Shown here: positions 11,201-20,666 of the stretch, in pieces
Layout of the letters: each line of letters opens with the position of its first letter
Numbering within the stretch: the first letter of the stretch is position 1
DNA from: Myxococcota bacterium
GTDB lineage: Bacteria; Myxococcota_A; SURF-8; G963663525
Assembly (NCBI GenBank): GCA_963676915.2
Contig: CAXXVK010000035.1
Location: 64,001 to 128,000 of the forward strand
DNA: 64,000 bases
Direction: 5' to 3'
Notes under the pieces: generated by a model
Seen by the model: only the letters and a program-made list of their open reading frames with translations
Database searches by the model: none
What the model was told of the DNA's origin: nothing
Program-made: the position numbers and the translations under genes

Positions 11201-14200
11201 GATCCGGTCGAAGGTTTCGTTGCCTGCGGTGCATCGAACGAGAAAATCTGCGTCGACGGCCAGTGCGTGCCGGATATCAACTGCACGTCCAATGAAGATT
11301 GCGACGACGGCATGGCCTGCACGTCGGATTTCTGTGACATGACCGGAGGAAACAACACCTGTTATTACCTCACCAACGACGCGCTTTGCGACGGTTACGA
11401 CGTCTGTACCTCTCCCAAGGCTTGTATCCCGGGCGTGGGATGTATCGACCGCGACCCGCCCAATTGCAACGATTACCTCGATTGTACGCTGGATGCTTGC
11501 GATTCCGAATCCGGCGGATGTACGCACGAACCTCGATCGAATTTCTGTAACGATGACAATTCCTGTACGGTCGATTACTGCGACACGGTGCTGGGTTGCT
11601 CGACGGTTCCGCTCTCGGACGTAGCCTGCGACGACGGCAACGCCTGTACCTCGGGCGATCAATGCCGAAACGGTATTTGCGTCCCGACCGATTTCGTGGT
11701 CTGCGGCGACCAAAACGCTTGTACCGCCGATTCCTGCGATCCCGTAGAGGGTTGCATCCAGGAAAAACTTACCGGCGGATTCTGCAACGATTCCAACGCC
11801 TGTACACAAAACGACACCTGTGATGACGGTGCTTGTAGCGGTGAAGCGATCGATATCGACGATGGCAATCCCTGTACCGTGGATAGCTGCGATCCATACT
11901 TCGGTGTCGTTCATACACCGGTCAGCGGTAATTCCTGCGATGACGGCAATGCCTGCACGCCGGAGGATCGTTGTGACGCCGGTGTGTGCCGAGGGCTTGG
12001 AGAGTTGGATTGTTCCGATGACAATCCCTGTACCCGCGACCTCTGTTCTCCCGATACAGGCTGCTACACCGTCCATCGCAACAACGTCCCCTGCGACGAC
12101 GAAAACGTTTGTACGATCAACGAACAGTGTGTAGACGGTGAGTGTCTGGCGGACGAGGAAAATCCTGAAAACCGGCTCAATTGCGACGATTTCAATCCCT
12201 GTTCCATCGATGTCTGCGATCCGATCAACGGGTGTGACAGCAGCGATTTTTACAGCGATTTCACCAGTTGCGATTTGTTGGAGGATGAAACCGAGGTTTG
12301 CATGAACGGTTCGTGCGTCGCCTTCTGCCTGGAAGACGCTCACTGCGACGACGGATACTCCTGCACCACCGACAGTTGCAACACGGATACAAATACCTGC
12401 GTGAACGAACGCAACGACGATGTTTGCCCGGACGACCTGTTCTGCAACGGGTCGGAAATCTGCGATCCGACCCATGAAGAAACCGATCCTGTAACGGGTT
12501 GTGCCCCGGTGGAAGCTCTGGATTGCGACGACAACATCATTTGTACGGTGGATGAATGCGACGAGGGCTTGGATGAATGCCTGCATACGGGCATCAATTC
12601 TCTCTGCCCGGCGTCGTTCCAGTGCATCCAGGCCATTTGCGACCCGAGTGTCGGTTGCCGAAACGAATTCCTTAGCGGATTGTCCTGCAACGACAACAAC
12701 CCTTGTACGACCGGCGATGTCTGCGAACAAGGACTTTGTGTTGGTGAGCCGAACCTCAACTGCAACGACCGCAACGCCTGTACCCGAGATCGTTGTTTCG
12801 CCGACGCCGGTTGTTCTTATGAACCGATGGAAAGCGGCGTCTCCTGCGACGACGACAACTTCTGTACCGAATACGATGTATGCGACGGAGCAGGAACCTG
12901 CGGCGGTGTCGCAACCGATTGCAGCGATACGAATCCCTGTACCGACGATCTGGCCTGTGACCCGGATATCGGCTGTCTGTTCACGCCTTTGAGCGGTGTG
13001 GATTGCGGAGCGCCAACCTCCTGTTACGAAGGTGGATTGTGTATCAACGGTGAATGCCTCGGTACCGGTGAAATGGATTGCGACGACGACGATGCCTGCA
13101 CGTTCGATTACTGCGAACCCGGCCTCGATTGCGTCCACGAACGCCAAGCTGGTGCTTGTGATGACGGCAACGCCTGTACCATCGCGGATGTCTGTACGGA
13201 ATCCGGGTGCCTGGGAACGACCATTACCTGTGATGATGACAACGACTGTACCTCCGATTCTTGCGATCCCGAGCAAGGCTGCGTTTACAGCAACCTACAG
13301 GATGGGCATTACTGTGGTGAAGGAGCAGCGGGAATTTGCGAAAGCGGACTGTGTCGGATGTCCTGCCAGAACCCGGCGGAATGTGCAGACGACAATCCTT
13401 GCACGACCGAAGGCTGTGTGGATGGCCGCTGCAAATATGAAATCAACCCCGTGGCCGTTCTGGAATGTCCGGGATACAACAATGAATATTGTGACGGAGA
13501 AGTGTACTGCGATCTCATCAAAGGCTGCGTAACAACCGTAGTCGATTGCGACGACGGCATCGATTGCACGGTAGATACCTGTAACGAAATCCAACGATGC
13601 TACTCTGTTCCCAATTCTTCGCTTTGCGACGACGGCAATCCCTGCACGTCGGATGGTTGCAGCGTCGAAGAAGGAGGTTGCTTCCATACTCCGCTCACCG
13701 GAATCACCTGTGACACGGGCAATGCCTGCATGATCAACGGCATCTGTCAGGAAGGTCTGTGCGTGGGCGAGCAACTCAACTGCCAGGAGACACCGGCAGA
13801 CAATCCGTGCACGCGCAATTACTGCGATCCGCTGGAAGGTTGCCAGGAGGAAATCCTGGTAGGCCGTTCCTGCTCCGACAACAATATCTGCACAAGCCTC
13901 GATTACTGCAACCAGAACGCCGAATGCGTGGGTGCGAACACCCAGAACTGCGATGACTCCAACCCCTGTACCCAGGACAGTTGCGATCCTCAGTTGGGTT
14001 GCGTGTGGGAGATCTTGCAAGGCGCGCCCTGCGAAGACGGCAATCCTTGCACGTTGGACGGCTATTGCGACGATTTCGCCAACTGCGTATCTCGTACCGA
14101 TATCGAGTGCGACGACAACAACAATTGTACGGGACCGGACAGTTGTGAAGGCGGTCTGTGCGTCTATCCTCCGATCAATGGTGGCAATTGCACCGACTTG

Positions 14201-17200
14201 AACGGGGTTCAAGGTGTTTGTCAGTCCGGCTTCTGTCAGGTCGGATGCCAGAGCGCCGCCGATTGCGATGACGGAATCGATTGCACGGTGGATTCTTGCG
14301 ATGAAGCCAACAAGTGCCACCATGAATTCGATGATTCCGCCTGTGACGATGGCAATTCCTGCAACGGCGCCGAAAGCTGCTCCACGGCCGGATGTCAAAG
14401 CGGTATCGCAATCGTATGCGACGACGAAACCGAATGCACGACCGATTCCTGTGATCCTGAAACCGGCGACTGCACGTTCGCTCCGAATCACATTCTTTGT
14501 GACGACGGCAACTCTTGTACGGCCAATATCTGCAAGTCCGGTCAAGGTTGTATTGTCGAAGTTAAAGTGGATCAACCCTGCGACGATGGCGACGAATGCA
14601 CGACAACAGACCGTTGCGTACTGGATCGTTGTGAAGGTGTCGTGTCCGTTGACTGCGATGACGACAAGGAATGCACAGCGGATTACTGTTCCGAAGGAGA
14701 GTGCCAGCACGTTCCCGTGCAAGGGGATTGCCTGAACGAAAACAACCTTTGCTACGAGTATGAAGGAACTTGTGTTGACGGAGAATGCGTCGCCGAAGCC
14801 TTCGATTGCGACGACGGAAATCCCTGCACGGTGGATTCCTGCGATCCAGAAATCGGATGCGTTTCCGACTTCGAACCGAATGGGACGTCCTGTGACGATG
14901 GCCTGGATTGTACGGTGGGCGATTTCTGTTCGTCCGGTGTTTGTGTCGGCGGTCCAGAAATGGAATGCCCCTACCAAGAGTGCCGTGTGGGTCAGTGCAA
15001 TGAAGAAACGGGTGAATGCGATTACAGCGAGTGGTTGCCCGACGAAGCATGGTGTGATGACGGCAATCCTTGTACTCTGGGAGATCGTTGTTGGGAAGGT
15101 GCCTGTCAGGCAGGATCGACTTCCTTGGATTGCGACGACCAAGATCCGTGCACGACCGATACCTGCGACGGCACCGGCTGCCACAATATTCCCGATCCAC
15201 GTACCAATGGTACGGCTTGCGATATCGGGTATCTTGATAAAGGAACCTGTCAGGCAGGGCAGTGCGTCGTGCTGTGCGATGTCGATGCGGATTGTACGGA
15301 CCTGATCGATTGTACCGTCAACGAGCGCTGCGTGGATTGCGAAGCGGGAGAAGAATGGTGCGGTGGTTCAGGCAGTAAATATTGCGAGTTCGATACGGAC
15401 GATTCCCAATGCCAAAGCGGTGGCGATTGTGGTGGTGGAGAGTATTGCAACGTGTTCACGGGGTGCTGGCCGCTACAGGCGATCGATTGCGACGATGGCG
15501 TGGACTGCACGACCGATTCCTGCACAGGAAACGAAGACGAGCCTTGCCAGTACGTGCCGAACAATTCGCTATGTGACGACGACGATCCCTGCACGGTGGA
15601 TCTTTGTCAAAACGCCGATATCGCCAATGGCATCGCGGGTGGCTGTGTCCATGAACCTGCAGAAAACGGTATCGAATGCGAAAGTACCAACGCCTGCGTA
15701 GTCAATAGTACCTGTTACAACGGGGTTTGTTCCGGCGAACTGCTCGATTGTGCCGACGATAACCCATGTACCCAGGATGTTTGCGATTCGGCGTTGGGTT
15801 GCACGTATTATTCGTTGGATGGATATGCCTGTGACGACGGCGATCCCTGCACGATCGACACCGAATGTTTCAACAGACAGTGTGTGGGCGGAACGGCCAA
15901 CACCTGCGACGATGACAATCCCTGTACCGACGAGGTTTGCGAAGCGGGTGTCGGATGCGTATTCACCAACAATACGGACCCCTGCGACGACGACGATATT
16001 TGCAGCCTGGGTGATACCTGTACCAACGGTGTATGTCTGCCTACGGACTTCAACAACTGCGACACCGACGATGCATGCTTGGAAGGCATCTGCATTCCGG
16101 GACGTGGTTGTGCCTACGAAGCCGTGTTGGGACTGTGCGACGACGGAAACAAGTGCACGACGGGTGATTCCTGCGAGTGTGTCGGAGCGACCTGCGAAAG
16201 CGCACAATGCGTAGGCAGCGGGGTAATCGATCCCGACGACAACCAGCAATGTACGGTGGACTATTGCGATCCTGAAACGGGTGTTTATCACGAAAAACTT
16301 CCCGACAACACCACCTGCGACGACGGAAATATGTGCACGTTGGAGGATATATGCTTCGACGGAACATGTCGTTCCGGTATGGCAAGGGATTGCGATGATT
16401 TGAATCCCTGTACGGTGGATAGCTGCGATACCACAGTGGGTTGTGTCAACGATCCGATTGCCGATTTCACCGATTGCGGCGGTGGTCGGGTTTGTTTCAA
16501 CGGCTTGTGTGAAAACTTCTGTCAAAACGATACGGAATGCGAAGACGGATTCAGCTGCACGGTGGATCGTTGCGACAATTTGACGCATATTTGCACGAGA
16601 ACGCTCGATCATGAGTATTGCGATAACCAACAAGTTTGCGACGGCGTGGAAACCTGCTCGGGAACTCAGGGTTGCATCGATGGCGATCCGCTGTACTGCA
16701 ACGACGGAATCGCCTGTACTACGGACCTTTGTGACAACAGCACGGGTTGCTACTTCGTTCCCAACGATCTTCTCTGCGAGGACAACGAGGTCTGCACCAC
16801 GGATATTTGCAGTACCGAGTTGGGATGCATTTACGAAGGCGTCGCGGCGGGACAAGTCGTGCCATGCGACGATGGAAACCTTTGCACCGGACCGCAGGAT
16901 TACTGTCAGGGATCGGTTTGTGTCGGTGAAACCAAGGATTGCGACGACAACAACTTCTGTACGACGGACTCCTGCGATCCTCTGACGGGCTTGTGTGAAC
17001 GCACCGTGGACACCGGAATCCCCTGCGACGACGGCGATTACTGCACGGTCAACGACCGCTGTGCCATGGAAGACAACCAAGTCGTTTGTCTGGGAGAGGA
17101 AATGGATTGCCACGAATCTCCGGACAACCCCTGCACGCAGGATACGTGCATCAACGGTAGTTGCTTCTACACGGAACTGAGCGGTATTCCTTGCGACGAC

Positions 17201-20200
17201 TTCAATCCTTGCACGCTGGATGACCGATGCACCGGTTCGATCTGCATGGGATCCGAAATGGAATGCCCGGACAACGACATCCTCTGTAAGTACACGATTT
17301 GCGACCCGGCTTCGGGTGAATGCACGTTGACGATCGACGAAGCGGACAACAGCCCATGCCGTCATCCCAACCTTTGTATCCAGGATGAGGTCTGTGTTTC
17401 CGGTGAATGCGTCGGTGATGAAATCGTTTGTGAGGATAATCCCGATCAGTGCATGAAGCTGGCGTGTGAACCGGATGTCGGAGTCTGTATGCCTGCACCG
17501 GATGTCGGCGCGGAATGCGACGACGACAACACCTGTACCTCGAACGATGTCTGTGACGAAGAAGGGATCTGCGTAGGTGACCTATTGGATTGCAACGATC
17601 ACAACCCCTGTACTGCCGATCTATGTATCCACGAAGAGGGTTGCACGTACGAAGAAGACAATTCCGGTGAGTATTGTTCCAACAATGGTCAGGAATGTTC
17701 GATTTTGTACATGTGTTCTTCAGGTCACTGCCAGAACGGTTTCTGCTGTGCCCAGGGAGATTGCTGCTTGGTCGCCGACGATTGTCCCGACAGCTACAAC
17801 AGCGACCCCGTTTGTAACGACGAAGAATCCTGCAGTGGACGTCGTGGCGTGAAAACCTGTAATTCTTTCAACCAGTGCTTCACCGAATGGATCGAGGACG
17901 ATTCGGCATGTTATTGCGACACCTTCGACAACGATGGCGTGGCATGTACCGAAAATACCCAATGTGACAGCGGTCACTGTCAAAACGGTTTCTGCTGTTC
18001 AGGCGGTGATTGTTGCTCGGCGGCTTCGGATTGTCCCGAAAGCTATGACACGGGCGCGGTCTGCGATAGTCCAAGCTTCTGTCAGGGACATCTGGGCGAA
18101 AAAGCCTGCAACGATAGAAATCAGTGTTTCACACGGTTGTCCGACGATGACAGCGCCTGTGACGCAACGGTCGAGCAGGATTGCGGATATTTCGCAGGAC
18201 ATGCCTGCAATGGCGATGTCGAGCAGGATCCCTTCATTTGCGAGGATCGCTGCACGAATGCCGAGGATTGTTCCGCCAGTGCGCAATGTGTGGAAGTGAC
18301 CGTTGCCGAGAGCGAACTGACCGAAAACGTATGTATGGCCAATTGTCTCTCCTACACATGTGGTTTCGGCATGTGTGATTGGTTGTGGATGGAAGACAAC
18401 GAAGTCTGCATGTGCCTGGTCGATTCCGATTGCGGAGACGACGGCAACCTGTGTAATGGATCCCCCGAATGTATCGACAATATCTGTGTCCATTCGGAAG
18501 AAAACATCGTGGTTTGCGACGATCCGGCGGAAGTTGACAACCCCTGCGCAGATTACGAATGCAACGAGCAAACCGGTTCCTGCGAATGGGTTTATTATGA
18601 TGGATCCTACTGTGACGACGGACAGACCTGTACTTCGGGCGATGTATGCCTGGAAGGTCGGTGCGTCCCGCAAGATAGTTACAATTGTGAATGCGAAAAC
18701 AATATGGATTGTGCGTTTTTGGCGGAAGTTGACCGTTGTAAACGCTTCGAATGTGTGCAGATTCCTTCCGGCGAAACCGAAACGATAGGTGCCTGCCAAG
18801 AAGTTGATTCGGTCTTGACCTGTCCCGATCCGCCGTCGGCCTGTGCTTCCTACGAATGCGACTCGACGACCGGCGGATGCAAGTTGACCTTGCTGCCAGT
18901 AGGAGAGGCTTGCGACGATGGTTTGGATGGTACCGAGGGCGATGCCTGCGACAGTCAGGGAGAATGTCATGGATCGATCACACCATTGTTGACGCCATGT
19001 TACTTCAACAGCGATTGTGCCCATCTGGAAGACGGCAACCTCTGTAACGGAACACCGATGTGCGTCGGTAATTACGGCGAACAGAAATATTGCGTCGAGA
19101 GCGGAATCCAAGTCACGTGCGGCAGACTGGATGAAACGATCCTGGGTGACTGCTCGACGTACGAATGCAATCCGGCGACCGGAAAATGCGAAATGTTCGC
19201 TGTGGAAGATGGAACAAGCTGTGAAGATTCGATTTCGTGCACTGTGGGAGACACCTGCTTCCAAGGCGTCTGCATCGGAACGGCTACACCGGATTGCGCT
19301 TGCAATGTCGATGAAGACTGCAACGCTGTGACCGATACCAATTTGTGCAACGGCACACTCCACTGTGTCGATGGTGCGTGCCAGCACGATCCGGCAACGC
19401 TATTCAATCCGGGAACAGCTTGCGATTTCGACTTGAATGACTCGTGTTACTCGTACACCTGCAATCGAGCAACGGGCGAGTGCGAAAAATACGACGAGCA
19501 ACCGGAAGGTACATCTTGCAGCCTTCAGGATATTTGCGCGGATCGCGAAAGCGAAGTCGGTGTTTGCGAGAACGGCCAGTGTACGAGGGAAATGACCGGT
19601 TGTCCGTGCCTGCCCGAAGATGGGTACACCGATCCTCCACCGGATTACGATGGGGAATTCGAGGCGGCAGATCCCAGCACATGGACGTACTGCCACTTCT
19701 ACGAGGACCAGAATCCCTGCAATGGTGCGTATCAATGCGTGGATGAATACTGCGTGAAAGTGGACGATCCGGTGGTTTGCAACCAGCCGGAAAGCCCTTG
19801 CCTCTATGCGGAATGCAATTCGAGTACCGGAACCTGCGATACGTTCGCGTTGGATGACGGAACGCGCTGCGACGATGGAAACACCTGTACGTTGTACGAC
19901 CAGTGTCAGAGTGGACAATGTATCGGTACCTGGACGAATCGCTGCGACTGTACCGGCAACGACGATTGCGCCACTGCGGACGATGGCAATTACTGCAATG
20001 GTTTCGAGCGATTGTGCGATCCGGAAACGAAACGTTGCGTTTCGGACCCGACGACCGCTGTAACCTGTCCCACCCCGGACGATCCTTGTCGCCCGCTCGT
20101 TTGCGATCCCGATACCGGTTTGTGCAACCCCGAGTTCCTGGAGAACGGAGCAAGTTGTGCAGACTCGAATGCTTGCACGATCAACGAACGATGCTGGGAC

Positions 20201-20575
20201 GGTGTTTGCGTATACGAGTTGAATCAGTGTTCCTGTAACGGCGATGCGGATTGCGCACAATACGCCATCCAACACAACTGTTACACCGAAACGGTCTCCT
20301 GTGTCGGAAGCTTCTGTACACAGCAATACGCCTTGGGTAATTCCTGTGACGACGAAAACACCTGTACAAGTGACGATGCCTGTGCAATTTGCGATATTCC
20401 TGCGGAAGAGTGGGAAGAAGGATTGTGCGTCGAAGGAACGGTCATTTGCGAAGGTGAGCCTGTCGATGCAGGAACTCCCTGTGAAGACGAGTACTATTGC
20501 ACGATCAACGATCAATGTGACGGTGAAGGCTATTGCGTGGGTGGTGAACCCAACCCGGCTTGTGAAGAACCGTAA
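5273..20575 (+). CDS. Giant (~5100 aa) Cys-rich surface lipoprotein: acidic linker, two Ig-like domains, very long CTDC-type (CDDGNxCTxDxC) repeat array
   Basis: Uninterrupted 15.3-kb ORF; GGAGG RBS before ATG 5273; lipobox LWS-C; FGYVP...IANQG...F.P...G.L.VETND...IPL.G.G resembles ASH/choice-of-anchor-D Ig-like domains; repeats resemble Dictyostelium CTDC. Confidence 0.92.
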   Translation: MLRRLGLITCLLFSFVLWSCEGDLSDAVGDIDIDLDTEIDWPEIDINPDKDVEEIPDVDVDDSTDVDVDPDVDPDLQDTDEIVDVDDDGDDDLDTDEVADEDVIETQGCGQLQVPETFTFQSATVGQIASGLIEITNQPSEGSNGPTVQATQFEFLENPQSVFSIMNVPPVNLPSQTSTSLNVICLMTMPGQYTGRLKVTFGPMACENSRTAEIELVCNSEMAILHTHPKVIEFGYVPQGTSETIEIAIANQGTLNLSIYSEPSVESAVEGVFTLVSDTEHPSVNGSTIEMGNAVVVSIRFQPPEATYYHGALVVETNDSQLALGSTDGHGFYRIPLIGRGIFNCPEGYTHQGKTCLQTNTSGVVTGCIPGTRKCSDEGEAYQVCKDDGTGWEADTFCDEGMECLNGACLWQLCEPGVRRCAGVVEYTCLENGMEYNGGTVCRDTNFCTEDTCEWGKVPSCQYTQVGESLCDDVNPCTVHVCDPIDGCLLDDAATEALNDTPCGDQENQCIGTSLCKSGVCQAGDPVDCDDNNPCTIDDCDPQGGCTHELQNVSCNDLNACTNFDRCKQALSFFCEGQTVPCDPEEAQPCSDGTRCIQALGPVCVGQEVVCDDGIFCTADSCDSDFGCKFEARVDETCDDGNNCTTNDHCTEAKTCVGEAVVFADDGKWCNGTEICDPETGEEGHINVPDCDDGIRCTSDVCDPTLDECVSTPTENYCDDLGECMNSTCDAELGCTYEPADDYTTCDRFPDIDELCFGGVCVRVGCTNNAQCDDGLSCTVDACLPRDDGQPGYICSNIPNDALCDDGQWCNGTETCVPGAGCTEASVQPVCNDDIYCTEDRCNEELDACEFTPLHDRCEDDSECTLDACVEGTGCTHEQKAEGSPCEDGNLCTLNEACWGGICRIQDGVDPVYETCDDGEICTEDFCNPLLGCQFSNNTDPCDDENDCTVQDRCSGGSCRGNTIDPSDGLVCNGSEYCDEYGNLTREPVVCDDSIACTVNSCDDSLGGCVFTPDHSLCDDGNDCTADTCDPIQGCKWTAVGDYAPCSTTDGIGEVCIAGVCTARCDIGDACNDGKSCTVDSCDPATGTCSHLRNDQFCLDLDTSYCDGDDVCLPTAAGADSTTGCIASGTRDCDDGIECTVDSCNETSGCVNSVSSALCNDDNSCTGDVCNRDVGCIHNQLDQVACINDEPCSEPNGVCQAGICISEVTDCNDDNPCTANTCDEEDGCLTEELPNGTYCGSDNDQPMTCLNGVCVVRCTNDDQCLQSDNPCVVGECDQQTSRCILVANDSLCDDGQYCNGVETCDLEEGCVNGTPIDCPDSSECALGICDEEVDACKIDLRHDWCDDFKVCTTDICDIDEGCQYSPNDNPCDDEDICTINDQCSEGECSGEPNPCDDGNACTTGTCQAGVGCVYQPVDCNDDNICTYDFCNPYDTDGDGCYYEENNLPCDDENICTSGDFCSGGECVGTGTTDCSDGNECTEDFCVAGTGCSRTNVQDGTPCGDPDSYDRCHNGLCVSPCESDGECDDGLECTVDVCDLELFICTYIPNSEAGGPCDDGQFCNGIEICQPGVGCVAGEVPTCEDEFECTEDMCSPTENECVHLPMNHLCDDGNICTENQCNPDNGGCEALPIEGRRCSDGEICTVDDVCNDQGVCEGVQRVCDDSNSCTNDYCSPGFGCRNNYLANGTDCGDFGDGQCYGGICLYPCGPDGECTREFECTQVSCNTDTNLCEVTLDHEFCDDGFYCNGEEICSSTLGCVSGMEVVCDDGADCSYDYCDEETDQCRNDIIPLACDDHNPCTVDECLPYVGCQNDEILVGEACEDGNVCTTGEICDEQGVCRAEGDGICDDDNPCTVDTCDPLYADCYYAVVGDGTECDDEDLCTVSDMCSQGLCLGVPRNCDDQNECSADSCDSETGCVNEIIFNKPCDDQDGCTSGTLCFLSGENVPTCGRGNETDCDDGNPCTVDTCDSALGCSNDPVEGFVACGASNEKICVDGQCVPDINCTSNEDCDDGMACTSDFCDMTGGNNTCYYLTNDALCDGYDVCTSPKACIPGVGCIDRDPPNCNDYLDCTLDACDSESGGCTHEPRSNFCNDDNSCTVDYCDTVLGCSTVPLSDVACDDGNACTSGDQCRNGICVPTDFVVCGDQNACTADSCDPVEGCIQEKLTGGFCNDSNACTQNDTCDDGACSGEAIDIDDGNPCTVDSCDPYFGVVHTPVSGNSCDDGNACTPEDRCDAGVCRGLGELDCSDDNPCTRDLCSPDTGCYTVHRNNVPCDDENVCTINEQCVDGECLADEENPENRLNCDDFNPCSIDVCDPINGCDSSDFYSDFTSCDLLEDETEVCMNGSCVAFCLEDAHCDDGYSCTTDSCNTDTNTCVNERNDDVCPDDLFCNGSEICDPTHEETDPVTGCAPVEALDCDDNIICTVDECDEGLDECLHTGINSLCPASFQCIQAICDPSVGCRNEFLSGLSCNDNNPCTTGDVCEQGLCVGEPNLNCNDRNACTRDRCFADAGCSYEPMESGVSCDDDNFCTEYDVCDGAGTCGGVATDCSDTNPCTDDLACDPDIGCLFTPLSGVDCGAPTSCYEGGLCINGECLGTGEMDCDDDDACTFDYCEPGLDCVHERQAGACDDGNACTIADVCTESGCLGTTITCDDDNDCTSDSCDPEQGCVYSNLQDGHYCGEGAAGICESGLCRMSCQNPAECADDNPCTTEGCVDGRCKYEINPVAVLECPGYNNEYCDGEVYCDLIKGCVTTVVDCDDGIDCTVDTCNEIQRCYSVPNSSLCDDGNPCTSDGCSVEEGGCFHTPLTGITCDTGNACMINGICQEGLCVGEQLNCQETPADNPCTRNYCDPLEGCQEEILVGRSCSDNNICTSLDYCNQNAECVGANTQNCDDSNPCTQDSCDPQLGCVWEILQGAPCEDGNPCTLDGYCDDFANCVSRTDIECDDNNNCTGPDSCEGGLCVYPPINGGNCTDLNGVQGVCQSGFCQVGCQSAADCDDGIDCTVDSCDEANKCHHEFDDSACDDGNSCNGAESCSTAGCQSGIAIVCDDETECTTDSCDPETGDCTFAPNHILCDDGNSCTANICKSGQGCIVEVKVDQPCDDGDECTTTDRCVLDRCEGVVSVDCDDDKECTADYCSEGECQHVPVQGDCLNENNLCYEYEGTCVDGECVAEAFDCDDGNPCTVDSCDPEIGCVSDFEPNGTSCDDGLDCTVGDFCSSGVCVGGPEMECPYQECRVGQCNEETGECDYSEWLPDEAWCDDGNPCTLGDRCWEGACQAGSTSLDCDDQDPCTTDTCDGTGCHNIPDPRTNGTACDIGYLDKGTCQAGQCVVLCDVDADCTDLIDCTVNERCVDCEAGEEWCGGSGSKYCEFDTDDSQCQSGGDCGGGEYCNVFTGCWPLQAIDCDDGVDCTTDSCTGNEDEPCQYVPNNSLCDDDDPCTVDLCQNADIANGIAGGCVHEPAENGIECESTNACVVNSTCYNGVCSGELLDCADDNPCTQDVCDSALGCTYYSLDGYACDDGDPCTIDTECFNRQCVGGTANTCDDDNPCTDEVCEAGVGCVFTNNTDPCDDDDICSLGDTCTNGVCLPTDFNNCDTDDACLEGICIPGRGCAYEAVLGLCDDGNKCTTGDSCECVGATCESAQCVGSGVIDPDDNQQCTVDYCDPETGVYHEKLPDNTTCDDGNMCTLEDICFDGTCRSGMARDCDDLNPCTVDSCDTTVGCVNDPIADFTDCGGGRVCFNGLCENFCQNDTECEDGFSCTVDRCDNLTHICTRTLDHEYCDNQQVCDGVETCSGTQGCIDGDPLYCNDGIACTTDLCDNSTGCYFVPNDLLCEDNEVCTTDICSTELGCIYEGVAAGQVVPCDDGNLCTGPQDYCQGSVCVGETKDCDDNNFCTTDSCDPLTGLCERTVDTGIPCDDGDYCTVNDRCAMEDNQVVCLGEEMDCHESPDNPCTQDTCINGSCFYTELSGIPCDDFNPCTLDDRCTGSICMGSEMECPDNDILCKYTICDPASGECTLTIDEADNSPCRHPNLCIQDEVCVSGECVGDEIVCEDNPDQCMKLACEPDVGVCMPAPDVGAECDDDNTCTSNDVCDEEGICVGDLLDCNDHNPCTADLCIHEEGCTYEEDNSGEYCSNNGQECSILYMCSSGHCQNGFCCAQGDCCLVADDCPDSYNSDPVCNDEESCSGRRGVKTCNSFNQCFTEWIEDDSACYCDTFDNDGVACTENTQCDSGHCQNGFCCSGGDCCSAASDCPESYDTGAVCDSPSFCQGHLGEKACNDRNQCFTRLSDDDSACDATVEQDCGYFAGHACNGDVEQDPFICEDRCTNAEDCSASAQCVEVTVAESELTENVCMANCLSYTCGFGMCDWLWMEDNEVCMCLVDSDCGDDGNLCNGSPECIDNICVHSEENIVVCDDPAEVDNPCADYECNEQTGSCEWVYYDGSYCDDGQTCTSGDVCLEGRCVPQDSYNCECENNMDCAFLAEVDRCKRFECVQIPSGETETIGACQEVDSVLTCPDPPSACASYECDSTTGGCKLTLLPVGEACDDGLDGTEGDACDSQGECHGSITPLLTPCYFNSDCAHLEDGNLCNGTPMCVGNYGEQKYCVESGIQVTCGRLDETILGDCSTYECNPATGKCEMFAVEDGTSCEDSISCTVGDTCFQGVCIGTATPDCACNVDEDCNAVTDTNLCNGTLHCVDGACQHDPATLFNPGTACDFDLNDSCYSYTCNRATGECEKYDEQPEGTSCSLQDICADRESEVGVCENGQCTREMTGCPCLPEDGYTDPPPDYDGEFEAADPSTWTYCHFYEDQNPCNGAYQCVDEYCVKVDDPVVCNQPESPCLYAECNSSTGTCDTFALDDGTRCDDGNTCTLYDQCQSGQCIGTWTNRCDCTGNDDCATADDGNYCNGFERLCDPETKRCVSDPTTAVTCPTPDDPCRPLVCDPDTGLCNPEFLENGASCADSNACTINERCWDGVCVYELNQCSCNGDADCAQYAIQHNCYTETVSCVGSFCTQQYALGNSCDDENTCTSDDACAICDIPAEEWEEGLCVEGTVICEGEPVDAGTPCEDEYYCTINDQCDGEGYCVGGEPNPACEEP

Positions 20576-20602
20576 GCCGCGTGTTGCCTAAAGTCCTTCC
20601 GG

Positions 20603-20636
20603 ACCGCCTTCCGCTTCATGCGGAAGGCGGTTTTTT
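20603..20636 (+). terminator. Intrinsic terminator after giant lipoprotein gene
   Basis: ACCGCCTTCCGC-TTCAT-GCGGAAGGCGGT followed by T run. Confidence 0.9.
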
Positions 20637-20666
20637 ATCCATTTCCTACCGAAACGTTCCAATTTC

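Noticed and set aside
5342-20515. Long antisense ORFs (747, 1038, 629, 598, 462, 371 aa) opposite the giant gene
   Set aside because: Shadow frames caused by Cys/Asp codon bias (TGC/GAC read as GCA/GTC); Ala/Val-rich with no motifs
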